Of a stretch of 64,000 bases of DNA, positions 51,770 to 64,000 are shown one piece after another. A model generated the notes under the pieces. That model did no database searches. It had not been told where the DNA came from and saw nothing but the letters and a program-made list of their open reading frames with translations. The stretch comes from Octopus bimaculoides (lineage: Eukaryota): assembly GCF_001194135.2 (NCBI RefSeq), contig NC_068981.1, forward strand, positions 5,734,487 through 5,798,486. The letters run 5' to 3'. The translations under genes and the position numbers were made by a program. Every line of letters starts with the position of its first letter. Position 1 is the stretch's first letter.

Positions 51770-52148
51770 ATATATCAGAGGAAAAGAACAACAAAAACCA
51801 AAGCAGGACAAGTATCTCCAATCACTTATAATAACTTAGGGTTGGTAGGGGTTGGGTTGACAGGAGCTGGCAAGTCAGGACTGCACCAAGCTTCACTGTC
51901 TTACAACAGTTTCTGGGATATCCCAAGTGATAGGCTAGCATGTCCATACACTGGATATTCTGTCAGAGACAGGGTAAGTATGTATGGAATGATGGAATAC
52001 CCAGTGTATGGACATACTAGCCTATCACTTGGGACAACCCAGAAACAGCTGTAAGACTTCAAATTCACCTTACCATAATTGAATTAGTATAAATGACTTG
52101 AGATACTTGTCCTGCCTTGATTTTCGGTGTCCTTTGCTTCTAATATAT
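51770..52148. mobile_element. Inverted pair of HHR-bearing Penelope-like pLTRs
   Basis: Inner arms 51898-51965 / 51990-52057 and outer arms ~51793-51836 / 52082-52124. The plus arm ends GAAA-CAGCUG-UA-AGAC; the minus arm starts GUCU-CUGA. Each core is partly decayed. Confidence 0.7.
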
Positions 52149-52881
52149 GCCTGCTAACACAGAACTCTAATACAGATCCCTAGCTCCAGCCTCAGCTGTG
52201 AAATTAGAACCTAATCGATGACTAATTATAGCACTTACTCAGCATACTTATTTGTTTAGATCATCAGTGAACTAAAACCCTTATGCTCTTCGATATATAT
52301 CATCATCATTAACATCCACTTACCATGCTGGCATAGATTGGATGGTTTGACTGACAACTGGTAAGCCGGAAGCTGTACCAGGCTCAATCTGATCTGGCAG
52401 AGTTTCTACAGCTGGATGCCCTTCCTAACGCCAACCACTCCGAGAGTGTAGTGGGTGCTTTTACGTGCCACCGGCACAAGGGCCAGTTAGGTGGTTCTGG
52501 CAACGACCACGCTCAAAAGGTTTTTTTTTACATGCTACCTGTACAGGAGCCAGTCTGGCAGCACTGGCAACGACCATGCTTGAATGTTTTTCACATGCCG
52601 GTGAGGTGAGGCTGGCAACGATCACACTCAAATGGTACTTTTTACATGCCACCAGCACAGGAGCCAATTCGTGGCCTTGGCAACAATCACGCTTGGATGT
52701 GCTTTTAACTTTCCACTGGCACGAGTGCCAATCAAGCTGTACTGTCATCAGCCACGTCAGCGATTTTGATTTGAGATATATATATATATATGGGGGAATA
52801 TACAAATAATAACAACAGACGAGGACAGGTGGTGTAAATAACAAAAGTATATATTAGTATGACGCCCGGGAATACGGAAAG

Positions 52882-52918
52882 TCTTTGACGTTTCGAGCTA
52901 AGCTCTTCAACAGAAAGA
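52882..52918 (-). ncRNA. Minimal type-I hammerhead motif, A6U variant
   Basis: UCUUU-CUGUUGA-A-GAGC(UUA)GCUC-GAAA-CG-UC-AAAGA. Helices I and II perfect; ACGU palindromic helix III; GUC triplet. Confidence 0.68.
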
Positions 52919-52984
52919 ATACGGAGACAAGGAGAAAAACACGGAGAAAAAAAATTGAGTAGTGTTCAGTCAACGGTCAATCAT

Positions 52985-53108
52985 AACCAACCAACCAACC
53001 AACCAACCCACACACCAACCAACCAACCCACACACCAACCAACCCACACACCAACCAACCCACACACCAACCAACCAACACACACCCACACCCACACACC
53101 CACACACA
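52985..53108. repeat. Compound (CCAA)n/(CA)n tandem repeat
   Basis: CCAACCAACC CACACA units. Confidence 0.9.
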
Positions 53109-53220
53109 CGGCTTCTCTCAGTTTCCATCTAACAAATCCACTCTCAAGGCTTTTGTTGGCCTAAGGCTATAGTAGAAGACAGTTTCCCCAGGTGCCATGC
53201 AGTGGGACTGAACCTGTGCA

Positions 53221-53480
53221 CCTACATCTGGGGTTGGGCTGCTGTTATGCTCAAAGACATCCTGGATCACATTCAGAGAAAGGTCACTTGGCTAATTGGC
53301 ACTCCATCACCACTGGGCACACTCCAGCCTCTGGCCAAAAGCCATGCTGCCTCCTCTCTGACATAATGGCCTTTGTTCTTTGGAGATACGGAGCCTCATA
53401 CTTCTACCACACAGGTACCCCTGACTCATTCATCTCACCTCCTCCTACTACCCTTGTTGTGTGTCTCCTTCCCCCTTACT
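53221..53480 (+). mobile_element. CR1/L2-group LINE remnant
   Basis: YIWGWAAVMLKDILDHIQRKVTWLIG...LQPLAKSH matches the post-RT motif. Confidence 0.7.
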
Positions 53481-53520
53481 TTCCCCACCATACTAATCAC
53501 TATCCCCAATCCAATACAGT

Positions 53521-53622
53521 TCTATATTTAAGAGATGAGGAATCATGTACATTATTTACATTTGACGGCTATTTGTTTGTTGTTAACATGTTTTGACTGA
53601 TATACACTCCAGCCTTCGCCAG
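53521..53622 (-). mobile_element. Inverted 5'-truncated tail of SINE family E
   Basis: Reverse complement of the family tail; relic core CUGGCGA-A-GGCUGG..UCAGUC-AAAA. Confidence 0.75.
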
Positions 53623-53625
53623 GGG

Positions 53626-53865
53626 GGCATATGGTGTTGTGGTTAAGAGTGTGGGCTACTAACCCCAAGATTCTGAGTTCAATTCCAGGCAGTGACCTGA
53701 ATAATAATAATATCGAAAAACACCTTAGGAATGAGAACCCAGGTTCTAAGTTTCCCCAAGACACCTGATGAAGGCTGGAGGGTATATCAGCCGAAACGTT
53801 GTGTTAATAACAAACAAGATGAAGACAAATATCCGTCAAATGTAAATAATGTACATAATTCATAT
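53626..53865 (+). mobile_element. Full-length tRNA-headed SINE family E
   Basis: A-box-like TGGTGTTGTGG, B box GAGTTCAATTCC, (AAT)n linker and HHR tail; homologous to 17461-17698. Confidence 0.82.
53760..53805 (+). ncRNA. Intact minimal type-I hammerhead motif in the SINE E tail
   Basis: GACAC-CUGAUGA-A-GGCUGG(AGGGUAUA)UCAGCC-GAAA-CG-UU-GUGUU. All core nucleotides present; ACGU palindrome; GUU triplet. Confidence 0.75.
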
Positions 53866-54605
53866 TCCCCCGGACATCATCCCTTTGGAATTTTCTCCCT
53901 GCACACATTGGTTTGCTACAGTTCTAAAAAGACCTTTATGAGAGCAGTTGGGTGGGTGGAGGAGGAGCAAGGGGTTACTTGATTACATTAATCCCAGCAC
54001 ATGATTGATAATTAAACTCTGAAGCAACGACAGAATTGACCTAGGTGGGATTTGAACTCAGACCATAAAAAATCCTCATCATAATCATCGTCATGATTTA
54101 ACATCCGTTTTTCCATGCTGGCATGGGTTGGATGGTTTCACAGGAGCTGGTTAGGCACAAGACTGCACCAAGCTTCGCTGTCTGTTTTGGCAGGGTTTTT
54201 ACAGCTGGATGCCCTTCTTAACACCAACCACTTTACAGAATGTACTAGGTGGTTTTTACGGGCTCTAATTAAATAGCAGAAGGCCATAGTGTCCAACACT
54301 ATGGATCGTACCACTCCAGCACCATTCTCCAGAAATGATCAGAACAAATGCAGATAAAGAAAGGAAACATTGGAATCCCAAAAGAAGAAGTGGAGGTTTT
54401 TGTTGCTGTGTTTATCTTTTATGTTTTACTTGTTTCAGTCATTGGATTGCAGCCATGCTGGGGCATCGCCATGAAGAATTTAACTCAAATGAATTAACCC
54501 TCGTACTCACATTTTAAAGCCTGGTATTTATTCTATCAGTCTCTTTTGCCAAACTGCTAAGTTACGGGGACATAAACGCACCAACAGCAGATGTCAAGTG
54601 GTGGT

Positions 54606-54650
<45 letters not shown>

Positions 54651-54794
54651 GCTTCTTTCAGTTTCCATCTACTAAATCTACTGATGCTGCTTTAGGAGAA
54701 GACATGCAAGGTGCCACACAGAATCACACGGTTGAGGAAAACTTTTTACTGCACAGCCATGCTTACACTAATCTCTCTCTCTCTCTCTCTCTCG

Positions 54795-54834
<40 letters not shown>

Positions 54835-56894
54835 TTTCTTTATTTTTATATATAAAGTACCACTAATTTTGAGTTAAGAAATCCCTCCTCCAAAATATCT
54901 CTTGCATATCATATGGCCCTTTTTTTTGTTTGGTCTCAGATTTATGATAATTCATCATCATCATCAATGTCTGACTTCCATACTGGAATGGGACGGACAG
55001 TTTGGCAGGATCCAACAATCCAAAGGAACAGCATTGAACTCCAATGTCTGCTTTGGAATGGTTTCTATGGCTGGATGCCCTTCTCAACACCAACCACCTT
55101 CACAGAGCTTACTGGGTGCTTTATTCATGACACCAACAGCAGAGTAACTTGAGAAACAAAAAAAAAGGGCCTCTGACTTAGCAGGGTTGCAGAGTTGAGG
55201 GAGGTGGCTTTGTGCCAGGTGCTGAGAGACTGAAGCATGATAAAGGGACAAGCACAGGGGGGTCTTGCTATAGAGGAGGTACAAGGCTACCTGACATTAT
55301 ATAAGGGTGGGTGGGAATAGCTGGAAAGAAAAGAGTCTGGGGTGACAATGTGTTGGAGTATACCCTCAGGATACAAGAAAGTGAGTGGACGAGAGAATGC
55401 AGACAAAGAATCAGAAAGGGTAAGTGGAGAAAATGTGCCAGTTGTCTCAAAACAATAAATTCAAAAAATGACTTTTGGTATTTAGTGATAGAGGCTGTAA
55501 AAGTGTTTCTGTTGTAACGTTAAGCAGAGTAGAATGACATTGAAAATATAGAATTCATTTCCATTGTAGTTCCATTAAATAATTACCAAAAACACTCAAT
55601 TCTTTCATCAGAAAGAATTATGGTTCATTCGAAGAATTCTTTGAGAAACAAAAGAATTTTTTTTTCCCACTTTATATTCATATTTCGATAATGACAAAAT
55701 CAATGAATTATCTTTATGGTTTATTAATTTGATCCTAATTTTTTTGATACCAACCCATCCATGGCCACCCCTGGTTGTACAATATAAATTCCCTGGTTTA
55801 AAGTGGTCTAAGTTAAAATCCTTCATTAAGATTTCTTGTTAATTCATGTTCCAAACACCAACTTAAGAACAAGGATAGTTTACGAAACACTTTATTATTT
55901 TCAAAATGAATTTAAACAAATTAAATGTAATTTCAACAGAAATATGGGAACAAAAGGGTTTCATAGGTGTAGGCATGGCTGTGTGAGTAAGAAGCTTGGG
56001 CAAGTGCCTTCTATAGCCTTGAGCCAACCAAAGACTTGTGACCGGATTTGATAGACGGAAACTGAAAGAAGCCCGTCGTAGATGTGTGTGTGTTTGTCCC
56101 CAACCACTGCTTGGTAACCGGTGTCGGTGTATTTACATCCCTGTTCAGTAAAAGAAACTGATCGAATAAGTACCAAGCTTTAGAAAAATAAATAAATAAA
56201 TAAATAACAGGGTCAATTTGTTTGACTAAAATCCTTCAAGACAGTGCTCCAGCATGGTCAGAGCCGAATGACTGAGACAAGTAAAAGAGTAAAACGATTT
56301 TGTCCTTCCATACCAAAAGTTCGACAACAGTAATTTCATGGAAGCCATTTCTACTGGTTTTGTCGAATATTTGAATATATTATAAACATCATTTAATGGC
56401 CATGTTCCCTGCTGGTATGGGTTGGACGGTTTCAAAGGTTCCTTGCTGTAGAAGAGCTTCATGGCTCTGCATATTATAGGGGTGGACAGGGTGGGGGTTG
56501 AATGAGATCAAAATAGCGAAAGAGTCAGAGTGGACCTTGAGAAGAATTTTAGTCAAATGAATCAGCCTCTCTACTCTTTTTAGCATTTGAAATCCTGGTA
56601 CTCATTGCATCAGTCTCTTTTGCTGGATTGCTAAGTTATGGTGGATGTAAACACACCAACACCGGTTATTAAGCGGCTGGGGTGGGGCAAACAGACATAA
56701 AAACATGCATACCGATATGTAACATATGACAGGCTTCTTTCAGTTTCCCCAACTACCAAATCCGCTCACAAAGCTTTGGTCAGTCTGGGGCTGTAGTGGA
56801 AGACACTTGCCCAAGGTGTCACACAGTAGGACTGAACTTGGAACCATATGGTTGGGAAGCCAGCTTCTTACCACACAGCCATGCCTATATGGAT

Positions 56895-56941
<47 letters not shown>

Positions 56942-58424
56942 NNNNNNNNNNNNNNNNNNNNNNNNNNNNNNNNNNNNNNNNNNNNNNNNNNNNNNNNNNN
57001 NNNNNNNNNNNNNNNNNNNNNNNNNNNNNNNNNNNNNNNNNNNNNNNNNNNNNNNNNNNNNNNNNNNNNNNNNNNNNNNNNNNNNNNNNNNNNNNNNNNN
57101 NNNNNNNNNNNNNNNNNNNNNNNNNNNNNNNNNNNNNNNNNNNNNNNNNNNNNNNNNNNNNNNNNNNNNNNNNNNNNNNNNNNNNNNNNNNNNNNNNNNN
57201 NNNNNNNNNNNNNNNNNNNNNNNNNNNNNNNNNNNNNNNNNNNNNNNNNNNNNNNNNNNNNNNNNNNNNNNNNNNNNNNNNNNNNNNNNNNNNNNNNNNN
57301 NNNNNNNNNNNNNNNNNNNNNNNNNNNNNNNNNNNNNNNNNNNNNNNNNNNNNNNNNNNNNNNNNNNNNNNNNNNNTATATATATATATATATATATATA
57401 TGATAATATATATATATTATCATCATCATCATCCTCCTCCTTTAATGTCTGTTGTCCATGCTGGTATGGGTTGGACGGTTTGACCAGGGCTGGCAAGGCT
57501 GGAAGGTTGCACCAGACTCCAGTCTGATTTGGCCTGGTTTCCACGGCTGGATGTCCTTCCTAATGCCAACCACTCCAAGAGTGTAGTGGGTGCTTTTATG
57601 TACCACTGGCACAGGTGGCATTTGCATGACACCATTATCTGCCATGACTGATTTTACTTGGCACTTGATGGGTCTTCTTCTCAAGCACAGCATATTGCCA
57701 AAGGTCTCAGTCACTTGTCATTGCCTGTGAGGCCCAACACTCGAAAGGAGCTTTTCATGTGCCAGACAATATTGTAGGAGCAATATACAATGGCATCAGC
57801 CCTATTATATTACAGGTACTTCATTTACTCAACCCTCAAGATATGAAAAGTCAGATGAATTGTAATTTCAATTAAAAACAAATTTTAAAAAATAAAAAAA
57901 CAGAACAAAGAATGAATATAAATAAGTGAAAATGCTCAACTGCATTTTTCCTTTCCATCATTCCGAAACGTTAGCGTTGTCGTTATCGGATTTTAAAATA
58001 ATGAGGTTTTCTTCAAAGAAGAGCTTTGTGGTTCCAAAGTGAAATGGCTTTGAGATAAAAATAATTCTTTAAGGAGAATAAAAGAAAAAATAAATTTCTT
58101 CGATAATAGTTGTTTTGTTTTGTTTTGTATTTATTCTGAGAAACATGATTTGTCATGATATTGTTCCATTCTACAATTGAAGCTAGATATTTAAAGGACC
58201 ATCATAGATCATTCTCCATTCTCACAATCACTGCCATTGTCAAATGGAATCAATTCTCAATTCTTAGATGCACCACAAGTCAGAATTATTATTTTTTTTT
58301 CTGAAATCTTTCCATGCTGCAGTAACACTAGCAGCACATGAAGGAAACCATGGTTACATCATGGCGAGCTGGAATATGTTTGTCTATATTAGCACTTGCC
58401 TTCATGTGGTGCTTATCTCCTTCA

Positions 58425-58467
<43 letters not shown>

Positions 58468-58477
58468 NNNNNNNNNN

Positions 58478-58521
<44 letters not shown>

Positions 58522-61500
58522 TGCCATTCATCTTTGATTAGAGAGATTCTTCTATTGTGACAAACTAACTAACAAATAGTCGGCACTTGTCATACTAACA
58601 CATAAAACACACAGCAATACACAGCATGAAAGCTGGACATTAAATGACGACGATGATGATAACGATAACGATGATGGCTGATCGCAATGGAGAAGATAAT
58701 GATGATAAAGATAAGGACAAAATATGGCCATCGACTAAACTGGACGATAGACTGGAACAGGTCTTCATTTTTGCTCTGTTGCTTTAAATCTGGATTAACC
58801 CATTTTGATACCAAGCCACCCGAGACCATCACTCTTGACTCAAGAATATAAACTTAATGTTTTAAAGTGACTTAAAACCTTCCATCAAAATTTCATGTTA
58901 GTTTAAGTTACAAAAACCATTCTAATAATGACAAAGTTATTTTACTAAATTCTTCATTATTTTCAAAATTAATTGAAACAAAAAGCAGTGTATTTCAACA
59001 GAAATATGGTAACAAACAGAGTTAAAGTGATCAAAATTAAAGATAGGCATTTGGCCTCAGGTCATCATCATCGGGGTCTGGGAAGCCAAGAGGCTGCACC
59101 AGGCCCCAATCTGATTTGGCAGTGTTTCTACATCTGGATGCCCTTCCTAATACCAATCACTCAGAGTGCAGTGGATGCTTTTTACGCGCCACCAGCACAG
59201 GAGCTGGCATCAACCACGATCGGATGTAGAAGATTGGAAATGGATGAGACTGACTGACTGACCCGCACACACGCACGCGCGCGCGCGCGCACACGCACAC
59301 ACACACTTCTAGTTTCTGTCTATCAAATTCACTCACGAGGCTTTGGTTCGCTTGGTGTTGTAGCAGAAGGTCCTTGTCCAAGGTGCTGCACAATGTGGCT
59401 GAACTCTAGGCCACATGGTTGGGGTTCAAACTTCCTGATCACACAGCCATACCTGCATCTATGGATGAAAGACAAATCTGTCCTAGGTGGGATTTGAACA
59501 CAGAGAGCTGCAAAGAATATCGCAAAGCATCGTATCCATTGCCCTACTAACAGCCAACTCTCTCCACCTCCCTATGAAGGAGAGCTGACATCACTAAACA
59601 CTTATTTGCGATTTCAGATTTACAAATGATATTCGAAGAACTAAGAGATGAATTTCATGCAAATTTTCCCTTCAACATGTCATGGCTGTTATTGGTTTAA
59701 TACAAAAGACCATTATCGAATTCTACTGCTGTACCGTACACACATATGCACTCAACATCACAGCTTGTCTATCACAAAACTGCACACATTTTCTTTCCAT
59801 TCAGATTGCAGAAATCTCCTTTAAAAGGTTTCTATTACAAAAATTTAAAAAAAATTAAAATCTGAAAATGCAGAGAATTTAAAGTTAAAGACAAAAAAAA
59901 AAAGAAAATTCTCCAACAGATTTTCATCTCGTTTTAAAACCCAATAATTAATGCAAAAATATCATCATTTACAGAAACATTCATAATTTAAACTCCGCAG
60001 CCTAATTGATAGTTATCATTACAAAAGTCATTAATTTGCTTATAAAATCATCATTTAACATCTATTTTCTATGCTGTCACAAGTTAGTCAGTTTGGCTGG
60101 ACCTGAGGAGTCCAAGAACAGCATTAAGCTCCAATGTCTGTTTTGGCTTGATTTTTACAGCTGGATGCCCTTTCTAATACCAGCCACTTTACAGAGTGTT
60201 TTGAGCACTTTATTTATACCACCGGCACTCATAAGGTTGCCTGCAACACTACAAACTCTGTAGGTGGCAGATCTATGTTAAACGAGGGGTTGAAATAGGC
60301 AAGACAAGGCCAGAGCAAAACAGGTTCCTAGCTAAGGTGTTGCATGGTACAGCTGACCCTGAAACCTTGTGGTACTAAAGCAAACTTGTTAACCAAACAT
60401 CCATCTCTGAACGCGCACGCACGCACGCGCGCGCACACGCACACACACACACTGAATTAAGCACCAGCTGAACCCTGGAGGGTGATGTAACTGACTTACC
60501 CACTCCTCTCAAAATTGCAAGCCTTGTGCTAAAATCTGATATCAATATGTTTTTAATGCAGTGTAGATGCCAATGTTAGTTCAATTACAAGACCAACTCT
60601 GAATGTTTTGGGATGACAGACCTATCACTGTCTGGTTTAATATCACCAAATAGTCTAGTATGGACCAGACATTTGATTCTTTTCCTGTCCAAGATGGATT
60701 TTAGTGCCATCAATTTCAGCTGTCTGCAAAAAAACTATTAAGACCTCATGAACACTGCTGCTCCCCTCTTTGACTTAACATTTAATATCCATCTTCTCAT
60801 TGGTGTGGGTTGGACAGTTTGACAAGTTCTGAAAGACAAGAGGACTGCATCATGGTCCAATGTCAGTTTTGGTTTTTATGGCTGGACGATATTCCTGCCA
60901 CCAATCACTTCAGGATGTACCAAGTGCTTTTAATGTAGCACCAGCACCAGTGAGGTTGCCATGTAACATACAAGGCTAAAGATAACACCTCTACTGAGTG
61001 ATAACAGAGTGGAGAGGGAAGTAGCTTTATGTGGAGGAGTCAAACTATGAAAAAAAAAAAAAAAAAAAAAAAAAAAANNNNNNNNNNNNNNNNNNNNNNN
61101 NNNNNNNNNNNNNNNNNNNNNNNNNNNNNNNNNNNNNNNNNNNNNNNNNNNNNNNNNNNNNNNNNNNNNNNNNNNNNNNNNNNNNNNNNNNNNNNNNNNN
61201 NNNNNNNNNNNNNNNNNNNNNNNNNNNNNNNNNNNNNNNNNNNNNNNNNNNNNNNNNNNNNNNNNNNNNNNNNNNNNNNNNNNNNNNNNNNNNNNNNNNN
61301 NNNNNNNNNNNNNNNNNNNNNNNNNNNNNNNNNNNNNNNNNNNNNNNNNNNNNNNNNNNNNNNNNNNNNNNNNNNNNNNNNNNNNNNNNNNNNNNNNNNN
61401 NNNNNNNNNNNNNNNNNNNNNNNNNNNNNNNNNNNNNNNNNNNNNNNNNNNNNNNNNNNNNNNNNNNNNAAAAAAAAAAAAAAAAAAACTGGGAAAGAGA

Positions 61501-62189
61501 AACATTTTAGAATAATTTCACTTATAAAACTCATTCAAAGCAACTGCAACTGTTTAATGGTCAGGAGATTGATGAAGATTTTATAAACCATTAAACCCTC
61601 ATTGAAAGATGGTTGATAACACCAAAAGGTAACCCCAATACAAGTGATTAATACTAATTATCCTCTTTGGTGGTGGTTGTGGGGGGATCCCTGAAAGTGA
61701 AGTTCAAACACTGAATAAATGGATTTCTTGTTTTCATTTCATCTCTGGTGCCAATGCCACGTATAAAGCACCCAGTCCACACGGTAAAGTGGTTGGCATT
61801 AGGAAGGGCCTCCAGCTGTAGAAACCATGCCAAAACAGACAATTGGAGTCTGGTGCAGCTCCCAGTCTTACCAGTTCCTGTCAAGCTGTCCAATTCATGC
61901 CAGCATGGAAAATAGACTTTGTATGATGATGGTGGTGGTGGTGGGGATGATGATGATGATAATTCTGTTATTTGGTCAGAAGGGAAAGTGGGGCATTGGC
62001 AGAATCCCTAGCACAGTGAACAAAAGGCTCAATGGTATTTCTTCTGGTTCACTACATTCTGAGTTCAACTTCCATCGGGTTGATAAAGTACCACTCAAGT
62101 GCTTGGGGTTGATCTAATTGCCTAACCACTTCCCCTCAAAATTGCTGGCCTTGTGCCAAAATTTGAAAATCATTTGGTTACAAGAGGAG

Positions 62190-62400
62190 AGGCATCCAAG
62201 ATCTTTGCAGGTTTTATTTCAGGGTAGCAGCAATGACACTATTGATGAGCAATGGTAGGCTGGTGACAATGGAGAGAAAATAGGGGCTGAAAGACAGATA
62301 ATGTTCCAGCGAGCTGCAGTGTTGGGGAAGAAAGGTTAACCAATAATGCATATGTGCCGATGGAGTAAGGAGAGTGAGACAATGACGAATGAGGAAGGTA
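62190..62400 (-). mobile_element. Possible CR1/L2 LINE 3' remnant
   Basis: HCSSLE resembles the HCSSEL motif; weak. Confidence 0.4.
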
Positions 62401-62466
62401 CCAAGACATTCACACACAACGATTCTGAGATTGTAATATTGAAGTATTGTCACCTTTACTCATATA

Positions 62467-62701
62467 CAAGGTTGGCCACAAGTCACCCGACAGTAAATCA
62501 AAACTCCATAAATGCTATCTGCAATTCTGTATTGACTTGAATGGAAAAATGTGTCGCTCAAGAAGGAGTTCTTTGAACAATTTTCATGATGTCTCATATT
62601 TAGATGCTTTTATTAAATTCATTCAGTTGTTAAACATAAATAAATAAATCTTGGAATTAAATGGTTTTGATTTACTGTCAGGTGACTTTTGGCCAACCTT
62701 G
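62467..62701 (+). mobile_element. Internally deleted Tc1/mariner element
   Basis: 38-bp TIR CAAGGTTGGCCA(C/A)AAGTCACC(C/T)GACAGTAAATCAAAAC with 2 mismatches; TA on both sides; internal LQFCIDLNGK resembles the transposase C-terminal CIxxxG motif. Confidence 0.88.
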
Positions 62702-64000
62702 TATATTAGTGAAAATAATGATTGGAAAGTATTGAACCAGCCTAAAGGTTTATCATGGTGATCCTTATTACACTTTTTAAGGTTCCTTTTTGGAGATGGA
62801 ATTCATTGAAGCAGATCTACTATGGCTGGATGCCCTTTTAATCACTAACCTTCACCTGTTTCTGAGCAAGGTCAATATTTCATCATAGAACCCTGCTGAT
62901 ATGATGGTGATGCTCATTTACAATCATTACATGAAGCCAAGGATGTACACACACACACACACACACACAATCTTAACGTCCACTTTTCTATATTTGAACA
63001 AATCAGATGAAGTTTTTTTGAAGTAGGTTTTCTATGGCCAGGCACCAAACTGTCGCCCATTTCCAAGCAAAGTAATATTTCCCCATGTTCTGACATGTTC
63101 TCAAAGAATATTGGAGAAATGAATGATGCTGTTTGTATGACAGTAACATTCATTTATAGAAGAAAGACCATTGAGGGCCGCAGCTGGGAACCACTGCTTT
63201 AGTTTCAATTAACAATACCTCCACCTACATACAAGTAGCCAAACACCTCATTAAACCAAAAATAAGATGTATGTGTCATCAGTTAAACTCCCTCCAAAAG
63301 AATTCCCAGGATGTCTTGGACATGATTTACTCACCTCACAGACATATTGGTGGTACCAGATATATCTCACTTACCATATGTTCGATATTAACTATGTCCA
63401 ACTGGACAAAATCCTTGTTTTGACAATAAATAGCAAATCTATGAAAATCTACACTGGATAATAACCTCCCAAACTTGGAATATAATTCCATGCAATGGAT
63501 TCCATTCTATAAAGCAATTTCTAGGAAATTTGGTCAACCAGTCTTACATTCTTCAACCATATTGTTTGAAGAAAGAAACTAAAAAATAACCAAAATATCA
63601 AAAAATTAATTAACACTACAGATCCTTTTCTTTGTCTCTTAAACTGATTAATTTGTCCTGTTCATTAGCTGGGAATATAAATTAAATATTGTCCCATCTC
63701 GTACATCAATGGTGTTAACTCCTCAAGGTCATTGAAGGTGCTTAGAATTCAATCAATTTGTTGTTAGTATAGACTGTAGGAAAAATGAGTAAATATTCTG
63801 TTATAATAGAAGCTGTATGTTTGTCTACGTAACTAACGAAAAACTAGCGAAAAAAAATTCAAAGATTAACATCCCATTTGTGGACTTTGGATTTCATCTG
63901 TCATCTTTATATGATGGAAATTAAATCTGTGAAAGAGCTTTTACACGCAATTCGTATCTAAGCAGCAATATTCATATATATATATATATATATATATATA

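Noticed and set aside
51507-51839. 110-aa ORF with a repeated PYGGKVAEFLSSV peptide
   Set aside because: By-product of a 42-bp minisatellite derived from a repeat-family module; no splice or homology support.

Overview
AT-rich, repeat-saturated animal genomic DNA with seven N-gaps. The repeat families look cephalopod, most likely Octopus (inferred from recognition, not a database hit). One protein-coding gene is supported: five internal minus-strand exons (130/216/143/104/56 nt, all GT-AG, phases joining in frame) of a synaptic vesicle membrane protein VAT-1-like (VAT1L; zinc-independent MDR/quinone-oxidoreductase family). Its first coding exon and 3' exons were not found in the window. The rest is intronic or flanking DNA filled with tRNA-headed SINEs, RTE and CR1/L2 LINE remnants, a Penelope GIY-YIG remnant, a Helitron remnant, mariner/pogo, hAT and TTAA MITEs, fold-backs and microsatellites. 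Most ORF-track entries are microsatellite, gap or repeat artefacts. The most striking unlisted signal is about 12 minimal type-I hammerhead ribozyme (HHR) motifs from 5-6 repeat families. Four loci carry them as divergent inverted pairs. They include a tRNA-headed SINE with an HHR in its tail, a G3:C8 covariant core and an A6U variant. All folds were read by eye; no cleavage activity or novelty has been demonstrated.
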